Of a stretch of DNA of 64,000 nt, positions 52,196 to 62,519 are shown piece by piece. This stretch comes from Myxococcales bacterium (GTDB taxonomy: Bacteria; Myxococcota_A; Polyangia; Polyangiales; Polyangiaceae). Within the stretch, counting starts at the first letter, position 1. Each line of letters starts with the position of its first letter. The notes below the pieces were generated by a model. That model saw only the letters and a program-made list of their open reading frames with translations. It was not told where the DNA came from and ran no database searches. Location: contig JAYTOU010000015.1 of the NCBI GenBank assembly GCA_043747615.1, forward strand, positions 1-64,000. The letters run 5' to 3'. The translations under genes were made by a program, and so were the position numbers.

Positions 52196-53299
52196 TTGGC
52201 CCGGGTTCTCTTCATTTCGAAACCAATCGCACCACCGTGGCACGACGGTTCGAAGAACCTCGTGCGCGACGTCGCTGCGAATCTCAAGCGTGCCGAGCCC
52301 ACCGTCCTCACGACGCTCGGCGCCCCGTCGATTGGTCCTCGGGTGAAGATGGAGCCTATTTACAGCGACGCGGGGGGCTTCGCACCGGCGCTGCTCGCAA
52401 ATGCGCGGGTCATGCAGCGCCTCCTCAGAGGCGACCCTCACGAGATCTGGAATTTCTTTTTCGCTCCGAATGCCGTCTCGTCCACGGCTGCACGAATGGC
52501 CAAGGCCGCGCGCAGGGCCATGGGCTGGAAAGGGCTGGTGGTGCAAACGGTGGTGAGCGCCCCGCGCGATTTTCGCGGAGTGTCGTCCTTGATTTTCGGA
52601 AACCGGGTGGTCGTGCTGAGCGAGTGGACGCGCGCTTCGATGATCGGGGCGGGGCTCAGCGCAAAGGAGATCAGCGTCATCCCTCCGTGCGCCGCGCCGC
52701 CGCGCGAGGTCACCGCCGAAGAGCGGGCTGCCCTACGGAAACAGCTCGATCTCGGGGACGCGCCCCTCGTCGTCTATCCGGGCGACTACGAGACTTCGCA
52801 CGGCGCCGAGACCGTGGCCCGCGCGCTCCCTCTGGTCCTTGGGGCCGTTCCGGAGGCGCGCTTCGTCTTCGCCTGCCGCCCCAAAACCAAGGAAGCGGAC
52901 GCCGCCCGCCTGGAGATCGTGGAGCTCCTGGGAAAAGATGCAATCTACACGCGTCACGTAGGTGAGCTGGATGACATCACGGCGCTCCTCGCCGAGGCCA
53001 AGGTGATTGCTTTCCCGGTGGACGATCTCTACGGCAAGGTCGATCTGCCCATCGTGCTCCTCGAAGCGCTGGCTCTGAAAATCCCGATGGTTCTCGCGCG
53101 CGGCGGGCCGCTCGAGGCTATTTCGTCGGCGCGCTTCGTGGAGCCTGGGGACCATGTGGCTCTCGCCCGGGCGCTCGTCCACCTTCTCCGCGGCAACGGG
53201 GCGCGCGAGGTCGCCGAAGCAGGCCGCGTCCTCTACGACACGAAGTTCACCCCCCGGGTAGTGGCCGCCGCCTACGACGATCTGTACGCCCGGCGGTAA
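52196..53299 (+). CDS. GT4-family glycosyltransferase
   Basis: SKPIAPPW.DG, PIVLLEALAL, V.PGD. Confidence 0.85.
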   Translation: MARVLFISKPIAPPWHDGSKNLVRDVAANLKRAEPTVLTTLGAPSIGPRVKMEPIYSDAGGFAPALLANARVMQRLLRGDPHEIWNFFFAPNAVSSTAARMAKAARRAMGWKGLVVQTVVSAPRDFRGVSSLIFGNRVVVLSEWTRASMIGAGLSAKEISVIPPCAAPPREVTAEERAALRKQLDLGDAPLVVYPGDYETSHGAETVARALPLVLGAVPEARFVFACRPKTKEADAARLEIVELLGKDAIYTRHVGELDDITALLAEAKVIAFPVDDLYGKVDLPIVLLEALALKIPMVLARGGPLEAISSARFVEPGDHVALARALVHLLRGNGAREVAEAGRVLYDTKFTPRVVAAAYDDLYARR

Positions 53300-53331
53300 C
53301 GCTTGCGAGTGTGCTAAATCGAAGCAGTCAA

Positions 53332-56076
53332 ATGAGCACCGAAACTCCGAACGGCGTCCCCGCCGACATCTCCCGTCCTGCTGCCGAAGTGCGTGCGGCG
53401 TTCCTCGAATTCTTCCGCGCGAAGGGGCACGAGGTATGCGCAAGCGCGCCTCTCATCCCGCCGAACGATCCGACGCTGATGTTCACGAACGCCGGAATGG
53501 TCCCCTTCAAGGACGTGTTCACGGGCCGATCTCCCTTGCCGATTGCGGCGGGCGACGGTGGGCGTTCCTTCAAGCGTGCGGCTTCGAGCCAGAAGTGCAT
53601 CCGCATCTCGGGCAAGCACAACGATCTCGAGAACGTCGGCGTCACGGCGCGCCACCACACCTTCTTCGAGATGCTCGGCAACTTCAGCTTCGGCGATTAC
53701 TTCAAGGAAGAGGCCATCGCCTTCGCGTGGGAGCTGCTCACCAAGGAGCTTCGCATTCCCGAGGACCGGATGTGCGTCACCGTCTTCGGCGGTGAAGCGG
53801 GATTGCCCGCAGACGACGAGGCCCGCGCGATCTGGAAGAAGGTCACCGGCTTCCCCGACGAAAAAATCATCGGCATGGGGATGAAAGAAAATTTCTGGCA
53901 GATGGGAGAGACAGGCCCCTGCGGCCCATGCTCGGAAATCCACTTCTTCCTAGGGGATTCGCCGGATCTTGCGCTCTTCGACCAGGAGCCCACCGCCGAC
54001 GGTCGCGGGTGGATGGAGATCTGGAATCTCGTCTTCATGCAGTTCGACCGCACGATCGAGGACGGTGCCGCGAAGCTCGCGCAGCTCCCCGCGCCGTGCG
54101 TCGACACCGGAGCGGGCCTGGAGCGTCTGGCGAGCGTGCTCCAGGGCAGGATGACGAACTACGACAGCGATCTGCTCCGCGCGCTCGTCGACAAAGCAAG
54201 CGCGCTCGCCAAGAAGCCGTACCGCGGCACCCTGGCGGACGACGACACGTCGATGCGGGTCATCGCCGACCACGCGCGCACAACGGCGTTCCTCATCGCC
54301 GAAGGGGTGATGCCCGATCGCACGGGTCGCGAGTACGTTCTTCGCCGCGTGATGCGCCGGGCCATCCGCCACGGTCATCGTTTGGGCATCGCGGAGCCCT
54401 TCCTCCACGAGGTCGCCCGCGAAGTCGTGCGCTTGATGGGCGGTCAATATCCGGAGCTCGTGGCGCGTGAGAAGCTCATCGTCGACGTGGCGGAGCAAGA
54501 AGAGATTCGCTTCCGGCAGACGATCGATCGTGGTCTAAAGATCCTCGACGAAGAAATCACAGCCTTGCGATCCACTGGGAAAAACAAGCTCTCTGGTGAG
54601 ACCGCCTTCAAGCTCTACGACACCTTCGGGTTCCCCCTCGATCTCACGGAGGTCATCGCGCGGGAGCGTGATCTCGAGGTCGACAACGCAGGCTACGAGA
54701 AGGCTCTCGCCGAGCAGCGCGTGCGGAGCGAAGGCTCCAAGGTCGGAGAAGCGGCGATCGAAGGAGTGTGGCGCGCGGCCCTCGATCGCGCAGGACCGAG
54801 CCGCTTCGTCGGTTACGAGCGCGAAGAGTCCGACGGAAAAGTCACGGCCATCGTTCGCGGCGACAAGCTCGTCGAGTCGGCGTCGGCGGGGGACGAGGTG
54901 GCGATCATGATCGACGTGACCCCGTTCTACGGCGAGGCGGGCGGGCAAGTCGGGGATCGAGGGAAGGTCGATTCGCAGACGCAGGGAGCGTGGACCTTCG
55001 CTGTGCAGGACACGCAGAAGCCCGTGACCGGCCTCATTGCCCATCACGGCACCGTCGGTCTCGGAGAAATTCGGGTCGGTGATCCGGCGCGCCTCGTCGT
55101 GGATCACGAACGGAGAAATGCGACGCGAAGAAATCACTCCGCGACCCACCTCCTTCACTGGGCACTTCGCAGCGTGGTGGGAGAGCAGGCAACCCAGAAG
55201 GGATCGCTCGTCGGTCCCGATCGATTGCGCTTCGACTTCTCGCTCAATCGAGCGCTTTCACCCGAAGAAATAAGCCAAATCGAGGACATGGTGAACGCGA
55301 AGATCCTCTCCGACGCCGCCGTGGAGACGGAGGTCCTTCCGATCGACGAAGCGCGCGCCAAGGGGGCCGTCGCGATCTTCGAAGAGAAGTACGGAGACGT
55401 GGTCCGGGTTCTCACGATGACCCGCGACTCCGTCGAGCTATGCGGCGGGACCCACGCGCGCGCTCTCGGAGAAATCGGCCTCTTCAAAGTGGTAAGCGAG
55501 AGCGGAGTAGCGGCGGGCGTTCGACGGGTGGAGGCAACGACCGGCCTCAACGCGCTCGGGTACCTCCGTCAGGTCGAGCGCACGCTCAAGACCGCATCCC
55601 AGCTCGTGCGGAGCTCGCCGGCCGATCTCCCCGAGAAGATCGAGAAGCTCGTGGAGCGCGATCGTCAGCTCGACAAGGAGATCGCGGACCTGAAACGAAA
55701 GCTGACTATGGGCACGGGCGCCGGCGGGATCGACGATCTCATCCGCGGCGCTCGCGAGATCCCGGGCGGGAAACTCCTCGCCGTGAAAGTCGACGCGAGC
55801 GACGCCGGGACGCTGCGCGAGCTCGCCGAGAAATTGCGCGACAAGCTCGGCGACGCCGTGGTCCTCGTCGGTGCGGTCAACGGTCCCAAGGCCTCGCTCG
55901 TCCTCACGGTCTCCAAGTCGCTGAACGACCGCTACAAAGCAGGGGATCTCATCAAGGGCGTGGCCACGATGATCGGCGGCTCCGGCGGCGGTCGGCCCGA
56001 CATGGCCCAAGCCGGAGGCACCCAAATCGACAAGCTCGACGAGGCCCTCGCGAGCCTCTATGCGAGCATCACCTAA
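53332..56076 (+). CDS. alaS: Alanyl-tRNA synthetase
   Basis: FTNAGM, HHTFFEMLGNFS, GPCGPCSE, NHSATHLLH, CGGTH, GGGRPDMAQ. Confidence 0.98.
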   Translation: MSTETPNGVPADISRPAAEVRAAFLEFFRAKGHEVCASAPLIPPNDPTLMFTNAGMVPFKDVFTGRSPLPIAAGDGGRSFKRAASSQKCIRISGKHNDLENVGVTARHHTFFEMLGNFSFGDYFKEEAIAFAWELLTKELRIPEDRMCVTVFGGEAGLPADDEARAIWKKVTGFPDEKIIGMGMKENFWQMGETGPCGPCSEIHFFLGDSPDLALFDQEPTADGRGWMEIWNLVFMQFDRTIEDGAAKLAQLPAPCVDTGAGLERLASVLQGRMTNYDSDLLRALVDKASALAKKPYRGTLADDDTSMRVIADHARTTAFLIAEGVMPDRTGREYVLRRVMRRAIRHGHRLGIAEPFLHEVAREVVRLMGGQYPELVAREKLIVDVAEQEEIRFRQTIDRGLKILDEEITALRSTGKNKLSGETAFKLYDTFGFPLDLTEVIARERDLEVDNAGYEKALAEQRVRSEGSKVGEAAIEGVWRAALDRAGPSRFVGYEREESDGKVTAIVRGDKLVESASAGDEVAIMIDVTPFYGEAGGQVGDRGKVDSQTQGAWTFAVQDTQKPVTGLIAHHGTVGLGEIRVGDPARLVVDHERRNATRRNHSATHLLHWALRSVVGEQATQKGSLVGPDRLRFDFSLNRALSPEEISQIEDMVNAKILSDAAVETEVLPIDEARAKGAVAIFEEKYGDVVRVLTMTRDSVELCGGTHARALGEIGLFKVVSESGVAAGVRRVEATTGLNALGYLRQVERTLKTASQLVRSSPADLPEKIEKLVERDRQLDKEIADLKRKLTMGTGAGGIDDLIRGAREIPGGKLLAVKVDASDAGTLRELAEKLRDKLGDAVVLVGAVNGPKASLVLTVSKSLNDRYKAGDLIKGVATMIGGSGGGRPDMAQAGGTQIDKLDEALASLYASIT

Positions 56077-56100
56077 GGCTGCCGCGGTCTGCAGATTCGT

Positions 56101-56373
56101 TCACGAAGAGAGTTGGGGTTTTTGTCGCGAGAGCCGACGGCGCACGATCGGCGGCACGAACAGCACCTCGAGGTTGAATCGCGCCAAGGCGTCGCAGAGC
56201 ACGCCGATCCTGTCGAGTAGCGGGAGCCCCGCCGGAACAATCACGGTGGGCACCCCGTTGACGCGGCAAATCCCACCGCGTGCGTCGAGGAATTCGAAAG
56301 GCTCGACGCGCACGACGACCCCGAGCCTCCGGGCCAGCTTCTCCAGCTCCTGGAAGATGTCGATCGGCGCCAC
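56101..56373 (-). CDS. Small conserved-looking hypothetical protein
   Basis: LARRLGV.VR.E..GGICRVNG pattern; TACCAT -10 element 7 nt before the GTG. Confidence 0.65.
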   Translation of the reverse strand: MAPIDIFQELEKLARRLGVVVRVEPFEFLDARGGICRVNGVPTVIVPAGLPLLDRIGVLCDALARFNLEVLFVPPIVRRRLSRQKPQLSS

Positions 56374-56444
56374 GGGAACGATGGTATCGGTTTTTGGCCG
56401 CAGGAAGCCTTGCGAAAGAGGGCAGAATCGTAGACCCTTCAGAA

Positions 56445-58163
56445 GTGTCCGATGCCTCGCGGAGCCCGACCCCCATTGCGCAGGGGACGGTCATCAACGA
56501 CCGGTATGAGATTCGCCAAAGCCTCGGCAAGGGTGGCATGGGCGAAGTGTTTCTTGCGTACGATCGGGCAACTCAGCAGCCTGTCGCGCTGAAAATCGTC
56601 CGCGAAGAATCGCGCATGCCCGGGGACGACGAAGCCCTGCGCCAGGAGCTTCTCCACGCTCGATCGGTGAGCCACCCGAACGTCTGCCGCGTCCACGATC
56701 TCACCCCCTCGCAGTACGGTCCGATCTTGGTGATGGAGCACATCACCGGGCAGACCCTCCACACCCATATTCGTCGTAGAAAAGCCCAAGGCGGGTACAC
56801 CTCCGATGAGTTTCGGCGCATCGCCCACGACATCGCCGAAGGGGTCGCGGCCATCCACGCCCAAGGCCTCGTACACGGGGATCTGAAACCCGGGAACGTG
56901 ATGGTCACCGCCGATCCCGACGGCGGTCTCGGAAAGGCGATTGTCCTCGACTTCGGCTTCGCAAAAGAGCGCGCACGCGCGAGCGGACGTCGCCCAGGCG
57001 CCCCACCCGACGGCGGCACCCCGAACTACATGGCTCCCGAGCGAATCCGGTCGGGCGGCGCCTCCGCCGAAGACGACGTCTACGCCCTCGGCCTCACGCT
57101 CTGGGAAATGTGGACCTGCCGCGTTCCCGAGCCCGGCTACAAACCGCGGGCGAAACCAATGCGCGCGCAGATCATGTTCGACGTGCCTGCCGGGTTGTCG
57201 ATCGACGAGATCAAGCAGGTCTTCCGCTGCCTCGCCGATGAGCCGCAGCAGCGTTTGCCCGCGCGTCACCTCCGCTTTTTCAACCCGATCACCCTCACCA
57301 CCAATCCCATTCAGGTGCCGCGTGATCGGCTCGACCCTGGTCCTCCGCCCGGACGAAGCGCAACGGCGCAGTTCACCCCGGGGGCACAAGGTCTCCTCGC
57401 CACCTTCGCCACCAACGCGCCGGAGTTCGTTGGCGAGCTGGTCAGCCTCGACAAACCCGAGTTCACTATCGGACGCCGCTCGGACAACGACATCGTCGTT
57501 CCCGAGGCCACGGCGAGCGGGCAGCATGCGCACTTCAAATATGCCGCCGGCACCTGGGTGATCGAAGACATGGGATCGACGAACGGCACCTACGTCGATC
57601 ACACCTACGAGCGGAAGAAGACGGTGAACTTGATGCACGGCGGCGAGGTGCAGCTGGGCGAGCTCCGCTTCAAGCTCGCGTCGTTCGCCAAAGACAGCCT
57701 CGGTCACAAACGCGCGCGCGCGTACCTCACGAAGCGAGACGGGCTCACGGGCCTCCTGTCGCGCGAGCAAGTCGCCAAATCGCTCGACGACGATTCGCAG
57801 TTCGCCGAGTGGGTCGATGCCCCACTCACGCTTGCCCGCTACGAGCTCCGCGGCCCGAACCGCCTCGTCTCCGATCGGCCGACGATCCTGGAGATGCTCG
57901 CCTTCCGCCGCGCGGCAACGCGGGTCATCGAGCTCACGGACATGCTTCTTTTGTCGCTGATCGCTGTGACCGCAGGGCGCACCGGACCGCTTCGCTTCGT
58001 GGTCGGAATGGTGGGGCCCGGTCCACAAGAAGCGCGCAACTTGGTGGAGCAGGTCGTCGGTCAGGTGCAAGGCATGCTCCCCGACGGGCTCGATCTCGTG
58101 GCGTCGATCGCGCGCTTCGAGTCGGGCATGAACGTTCGCAGCTTGCTCGATCCGCAACCCTGA
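56445..58163 (+). CDS. Ser/Thr protein kinase - FHA - degenerate GGDEF-like domain
   Basis: GKGGMG, VALK, HGDLKPGN, DFG, GTPNYMAPE; FHA IGR..S.QH..STNG; RDGLTGL with no GG(D/E)EF. Confidence 0.88.
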   Translation: MSDASRSPTPIAQGTVINDRYEIRQSLGKGGMGEVFLAYDRATQQPVALKIVREESRMPGDDEALRQELLHARSVSHPNVCRVHDLTPSQYGPILVMEHITGQTLHTHIRRRKAQGGYTSDEFRRIAHDIAEGVAAIHAQGLVHGDLKPGNVMVTADPDGGLGKAIVLDFGFAKERARASGRRPGAPPDGGTPNYMAPERIRSGGASAEDDVYALGLTLWEMWTCRVPEPGYKPRAKPMRAQIMFDVPAGLSIDEIKQVFRCLADEPQQRLPARHLRFFNPITLTTNPIQVPRDRLDPGPPPGRSATAQFTPGAQGLLATFATNAPEFVGELVSLDKPEFTIGRRSDNDIVVPEATASGQHAHFKYAAGTWVIEDMGSTNGTYVDHTYERKKTVNLMHGGEVQLGELRFKLASFAKDSLGHKRARAYLTKRDGLTGLLSREQVAKSLDDDSQFAEWVDAPLTLARYELRGPNRLVSDRPTILEMLAFRRAATRVIELTDMLLLSLIAVTAGRTGPLRFVVGMVGPGPQEARNLVEQVVGQVQGMLPDGLDLVASIARFESGMNVRSLLDPQP

Positions 58164-58180
58164 GCCGAGCTTCGTAGCCA

Positions 58181-58834
58181 GTGGAAGGAGGATCCCATCC
58201 GCCCTCGGAGCCGAAACCCCAGCGCCCGCGCGCAGGCGAATCCGCGAGCATCGATCTCGGCAGCGTAGGGCGCCCTGCCCGCGTGCAGATGATCGCAGCT
58301 CTCCTTCTCGGTCTCGTCCTCGTGGCGATCCCGCTCTACTTGTGGCGGAGGCCGCGCTCGCTTCCCGAGCAGACCACAGACGACGCGGGAACCATCGCCG
58401 ACGCTGCGGTCGACGCCGGTGCGCCGGCCGATCTTCCGTCCGTGAAGCCCGTCGACCCAAACGCCGTGAGCGTTGGCGTGGCGCACCCGGTTGACTGCCG
58501 CGACGGCACGAAGAAGACGGCCGGGGCCGACTGCGACCGGCTACCACCGATCGAAAAAGCGCTCGCCTTCGCCATCGAGTCGGCCGGAACGTGCGTGCCG
58601 AGCTCGGCAGGCGGAGGAACGATCGAGTACGTGGCCGACGTGAATTTTGCTCGCAAAAAGCTGCCGGTCGCACTCCTGACCCCCAAAGACACACGGAGCA
58701 TCAAGAGCGCGAAGGTGGTCGGGGTGTGTGCGGCCGCCGTGAAGCGCGCTTTCGCCACGCCCCCCTTGGATTTCCCGCACGCGCATGGCCGTTACAAGAT
58801 TGCGATCGTGGCGACGTACCCCTCGCCCCATTAA
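58181..58834 (+). CDS. Single-pass membrane protein
   Basis: TM IAALLLGLVLVAIPLYLW, DAG linker, Cys-containing C-terminal domain. Confidence 0.7.
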   Translation: MEGGSHPPSEPKPQRPRAGESASIDLGSVGRPARVQMIAALLLGLVLVAIPLYLWRRPRSLPEQTTDDAGTIADAAVDAGAPADLPSVKPVDPNAVSVGVAHPVDCRDGTKKTAGADCDRLPPIEKALAFAIESAGTCVPSSAGGGTIEYVADVNFARKKLPVALLTPKDTRSIKSAKVVGVCAAAVKRAFATPPLDFPHAHGRYKIAIVATYPSPH

Positions 58835-58884
58835 TACCAACGGTCAGGCTTGCCCCCCGGCCGCCGCGCGTCCAAGTTAGCGGC

Positions 58885-59097
58885 ATGAGAGTTCCCGCTG
58901 CCGTTGCTTCCCTCGTCGCCTTTCTCACGCCGGCGATCGCCATGGCCTGCCCGTCGGCCGCGGCAACGGCCTGCGGATCGCACGCGTGCGGATCCGGGCT
59001 CGGCGGTTACGTCATGGCCGTTGGCTTCGGCCTCCTTGCCGGCATGGGCTCGATCGCCGTCGAGCGTGGCACGAAGCGGCGGCTCAAGAAAAAGTGA
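58885..59097 (+). CDS. Small secreted/membrane protein (70 aa)
   Basis: Signal-like N-terminus ending A-C-P, Cys cluster, TM, basic tail; GTGA overlap with purF. Confidence 0.55.
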   Translation: MRVPAAVASLVAFLTPAIAMACPSAAATACGSHACGSGLGGYVMAVGFGLLAGMGSIAVERGTKRRLKKK

Positions 59098-60593
59098 AGA
59101 AGCGCCTCGTCATCCTGGACCCCCATACGGTCCCCCTTCGTCCCAACAAGGGACGCAATGAGCTCGACGACGATCGCTTTCATGATCAGTGCGGCGTGTT
59201 CGGCATCTATGGGCACCCCGAGTCCGCGAACCTGACCTACCTCGGGCTCCACGCCCTTCAGCATCGTGGCCAGGAGTCGGCGGGTATCGTCACGAGCGAC
59301 GGTCAACAGCTCTTTGCCCACCGCGCCATGGGCCTCGTGCAAGACGCGTTCAGCGAGGCGCAGCTCTCGAAGCTCCCCGGCAAGCACGCGATCGGGCACG
59401 TGCGCTACTCGACGACCGGCGAGTCGCACCTCAAGAACGCGCAGCCCTTCGCGGTCGACTACGCTCGCGGATCGCTCGGCGTCTGCCACAACGGCAACCT
59501 CACGAACGCCGATGAGCTCCGGCTCGATCTCGAAAAAAACGGATCGATCTTCCAGTCCTCGAGCGACACCGAGGTGCTTGTTCACCTCGTCGCGCGCTCC
59601 AACCAGATCTCGATCGAGGATCGCGTCCTCGACACGCTCGCCAAGGTTCGCGGCGCCTACTCGCTCCTCTTCTTGACGGAAGAGACTCTCGTCGCCGTCC
59701 GCGATCCCATGGGGATTCGCCCGCTTTGCCTGGGAATCCTGCCGGGGAACAAGGACGCCCACGTCGTCGCCAGCGAGCCTACTGCCTTCGATCTGATCGG
59801 CGCCGAGTTCGTCCGCGACGTTGAGCCGGGTGAGCTCATCGTGATCGACAGCGCGGGATTGCGGTCGATGCGCGTACCGCCTGCGGAGGGTGTACCGGCG
59901 CAAAAGCACATGTGCGTCTTCGAGTACGTGTACTTTGCACGCCCCGATTCGCACATCGGCGGCCGAAGCGTCTACGAGGTCCGAAAGTCTCTCGGGCAAG
60001 CGCTCGCGAAGGAGCATCCGGTGGAGGCCGACGTGGTGATCCCCGTCCCCGACTCCGGCGTACCTTCGGGCATCGGCTACGCCGCGGCCCTCGGCATCCC
60101 CTTCGAAATGGGGCTCATTCGCTCGCACTACGTGGGGCGCACTTTCATTGAGCCGCAGCAATCGATCCGTCACTTCGGGGTCCGCTTGAAGCTCAATCCG
60201 GTCGAGTCCATCTTGCGCGGCAAGCGGGTCATCGTTCTCGACGACTCGATCGTGCGCGGGACCACGTCACGCAAGATTGTGAAGATGGTGCGCGACGCCG
60301 GTGCACGCGAAGTGCATCTGCGCATCTCGAGCCCGCCGACGCAGTGGCCTTGCTACTACGGAATCGACACTCCGACGCGCAGCGAGCTCATCGCTTCGAG
60401 CCACACCGTCGACGAGATCACCCGCTACGTCACCGCCGACTCGCTCGCCTACCTCTCGCTCGACGGAATGCTCCGCGCCGTCAGCGGGCCGGAGGGCGAG
60501 CCCAACAACTACTGCCATGCCTGTTTTTCAGGCAAGTACGCGATCCCATTCTCGCCGACGAACAAGCGGCAGATGCGCCTGGTCGGAGTCTAG
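59094..60593 (+). CDS. purF: Amidophosphoribosyltransferase
   Basis: Propeptide + [35 protein letters not shown]. Confidence 0.97.
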   Translation: MKKRLVILDPHTVPLRPNKGRNELDDDRFHDQCGVFGIYGHPESANLTYLGLHALQHRGQESAGIVTSDGQQLFAHRAMGLVQDAFSEAQLSKLPGKHAIGHVRYSTTGESHLKNAQPFAVDYARGSLGVCHNGNLTNADELRLDLEKNGSIFQSSSDTEVLVHLVARSNQISIEDRVLDTLAKVRGAYSLLFLTEETLVAVRDPMGIRPLCLGILPGNKDAHVVASEPTAFDLIGAEFVRDVEPGELIVIDSAGLRSMRVPPAEGVPAQKHMCVFEYVYFARPDSHIGGRSVYEVRKSLGQALAKEHPVEADVVIPVPDSGVPSGIGYAAALGIPFEMGLIRSHYVGRTFIEPQQSIRHFGVRLKLNPVESILRGKRVIVLDDSIVRGTTSRKIVKMVRDAGAREVHLRISSPPTQWPCYYGIDTPTRSELIASSHTVDEITRYVTADSLAYLSLDGMLRAVSGPEGEPNNYCHACFSGKYAIPFSPTNKRQMRLVGV

Positions 60594-60610
60594 AAAACGA
60601 CGGAGCCGGC

Positions 60611-61405
60611 CTACTCCGCTTCGTCGTAGATTCGAACGCTCGAGAAGAGGCCACTGGCGCCTCGCTCGAAGATCATCGCGCCTTCTTTCGGAGCGCTCTC
60701 TCCGTCGCGTAGCTTGCTCGTCTCGTATTCCACCGCACAAGTTCGGCCGTCGTCGGCGACGGAGATCACCACCGGTTGCCAGTCATTCGCAGCCGGTCCG
60801 CTCTGGAGGAGACGCACGTAAAATTCGTGCATGCCTCCGCCGGGACGCGCGTGCACTTTGCCCGTTCCGCCGCGCACGCTGCCCTCGGTCTCGAAGCCAG
60901 CGACGAGGGCATCCACGTCTCCCAGCCGCATGAGCGCGAGGTGCTCGGCCACGTGAGCGGGGACCGCCGGATCCTTCTCGCTCTGTCCGCGATGCGGTCT
61001 GGCCGCTTGCCAGCGCTTGAGAGGAAGCGTCGCGTGATAGACGCGAAGATCGATCTCCCGCGCCCTCTTGCGCTCCATGATGAGCGCGACCGGGAGCTCG
61101 ACGTGCTGCTCGTTCAGCCGCATGGACAGCGTCCCCTCGGTCACGTCGCGATCGATGCCGACCAGGGTGGACGAAGCGCTGAACGCTGCGCTCCGATCAC
61201 TCAACCACGCGGCGAGCTCCTTCAGTCGGCTGGAGACCTCCGGCCCCGAGGCCGCTCCGAAGATCGGGCTGTAGATTTTCGCTCGCGAGCCGAGCCGCTT
61301 GCCGAGCTCCTCTTGCGAATCGGACAGCAACGCAGGGAAGAACACGTCGGATAACCGACCACGCAAGCTCGATGTCTGTCGCCCGCCGTCATCGTCCTCG
61401 AACAT
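60611..61405 (-). CDS. Hypothetical protein, probable tandem NTF2/SnoaL-like domains
   Basis: GDVDALVAGF..; CAVEY..G..FER..G.FSSVRIYD pattern. Confidence 0.6.
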   Translation of the reverse strand: MFEDDDGGRQTSSLRGRLSDVFFPALLSDSQEELGKRLGSRAKIYSPIFGAASGPEVSSRLKELAAWLSDRSAAFSASSTLVGIDRDVTEGTLSMRLNEQHVELPVALIMERKRAREIDLRVYHATLPLKRWQAARPHRGQSEKDPAVPAHVAEHLALMRLGDVDALVAGFETEGSVRGGTGKVHARPGGGMHEFYVRLLQSGPAANDWQPVVISVADDGRTCAVEYETSKLRDGESAPKEGAMIFERGASGLFSSVRIYDEAE

Positions 61406-61480
61406 GGCAATCGACAATACTCGACTGGAGCGCAGACCACGACCTCGACTTCACGTTTGAGCGGGCTTATCTCTTACCCC

Positions 61481-62395
61481 ATGTTTTGTCGGCTCCCGGA
61501 GAGCGTCACCGTCTACGAGGTCTCCCCCCGCGATGGCCTCCAAAACGAGCGCGCGACCGTGCCCCTCCGCGACAAGATCCGCCTCATCGACGCCCTCGTG
61601 GCAGCCGGCCTTCGCCACGTCGAAATCACGAGCTTCGTTTCCCCGAAGTGGATCCCGCAGCTCGCAGACGCCGATGACGTCGCAAAGAGCGTCAGGCCTC
61701 CGCCCGGTGTCGTGTTTTCTGCCTTGTGCCCGAACGCCACCGGTCTCGAGCGCGCGATCGCCGCAGGCATGGAGGAAATAGCCGTATTTCTCTCGGCGAG
61801 CGAGACCCACAACCGTAAGAACATCAACAAGACGATCGACGAGACCATGGCCGCCTTCGAGGAGACGATCCCTCCCGCCCTGGCTCGCGGTATGCGGGTG
61901 CGCGCGTACGTCTCGACGGTGTGGGGCTGCCCTTACGAAGGCGAGGTCGATCCGGAGCGCGCTCGCGGAATCGCCGCCCGCTTGGTCGACATGGGCTGCT
62001 ACCAAATTTCGCTGGGGGACACGATCGGCTGTGGCACCCCCCGGCAGACGCAGCGGATCATCGAGCTCGTGTCGATGGACATCCCGCTCGAGAAGCTCGC
62101 CCTGCACATGCACGACACGCGCGGGACGGCGCTCGCGAACGTCGTGGTCGGCCTCGAGCTGGGGATCCGCACCTTCGATGCATCGGTCGGGGGCCTTGGC
62201 GGGTGTCCGTATGCGCCGGGAGCCGCGGGAAACCTGGCCACCGAGGACCTCGTCTCCATGCTCCATGGAATGGGAATCGAAACCGGGATCGACCTCGACA
62301 AGCTCGTCGCCGCCGGCAACGTCGCGGAGAGCGTCGTAGGCCGTCCACTTCCCGGAAAAGTTCACCAGTCCGGCGTCCGGAGCTTCGGCGCATAA
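61481..62395 (+). CDS. Hydroxymethylglutaryl-CoA lyase
   Basis: EVSPRDGLQNE, SLGDTIG, HMHDT.G, GLGGCPYAPGA.GN. Confidence 0.95.
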   Translation: MFCRLPESVTVYEVSPRDGLQNERATVPLRDKIRLIDALVAAGLRHVEITSFVSPKWIPQLADADDVAKSVRPPPGVVFSALCPNATGLERAIAAGMEEIAVFLSASETHNRKNINKTIDETMAAFEETIPPALARGMRVRAYVSTVWGCPYEGEVDPERARGIAARLVDMGCYQISLGDTIGCGTPRQTQRIIELVSMDIPLEKLALHMHDTRGTALANVVVGLELGIRTFDASVGGLGGCPYAPGAAGNLATEDLVSMLHGMGIETGIDLDKLVAAGNVAESVVGRPLPGKVHQSGVRSFGA

Positions 62396-62493
62396 CTTCA
62401 ATCTTGAAAACGACCTTTCACTTTTGCACGAACCAATAGGCCTCAGGGTCGGCTGAGGTCGCAAGATCCGGCTGAAACGGCGTTTTCTGGATC

Positions 62494-62509
62494 TGGCACA
62501 CTAGTCGCA
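62494..62509 (+). promoter_or_regulatory. Sigma54 (-24/-12) promoter
   Basis: TGGCACACTAGTCGCA; GG 62495-96, GC 62507-08; predicted +1 at ~62520. Confidence 0.75.
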
Positions 62510-62519
62510 AAGTCGAACT

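Noticed and set aside
62404..62421. Fur box-like TTGAAAACGACCTTTCA
   Set aside because: Spacing is one base off the 7-1-7 repeat and the core is not AT-rich; kept only as a generic palindrome
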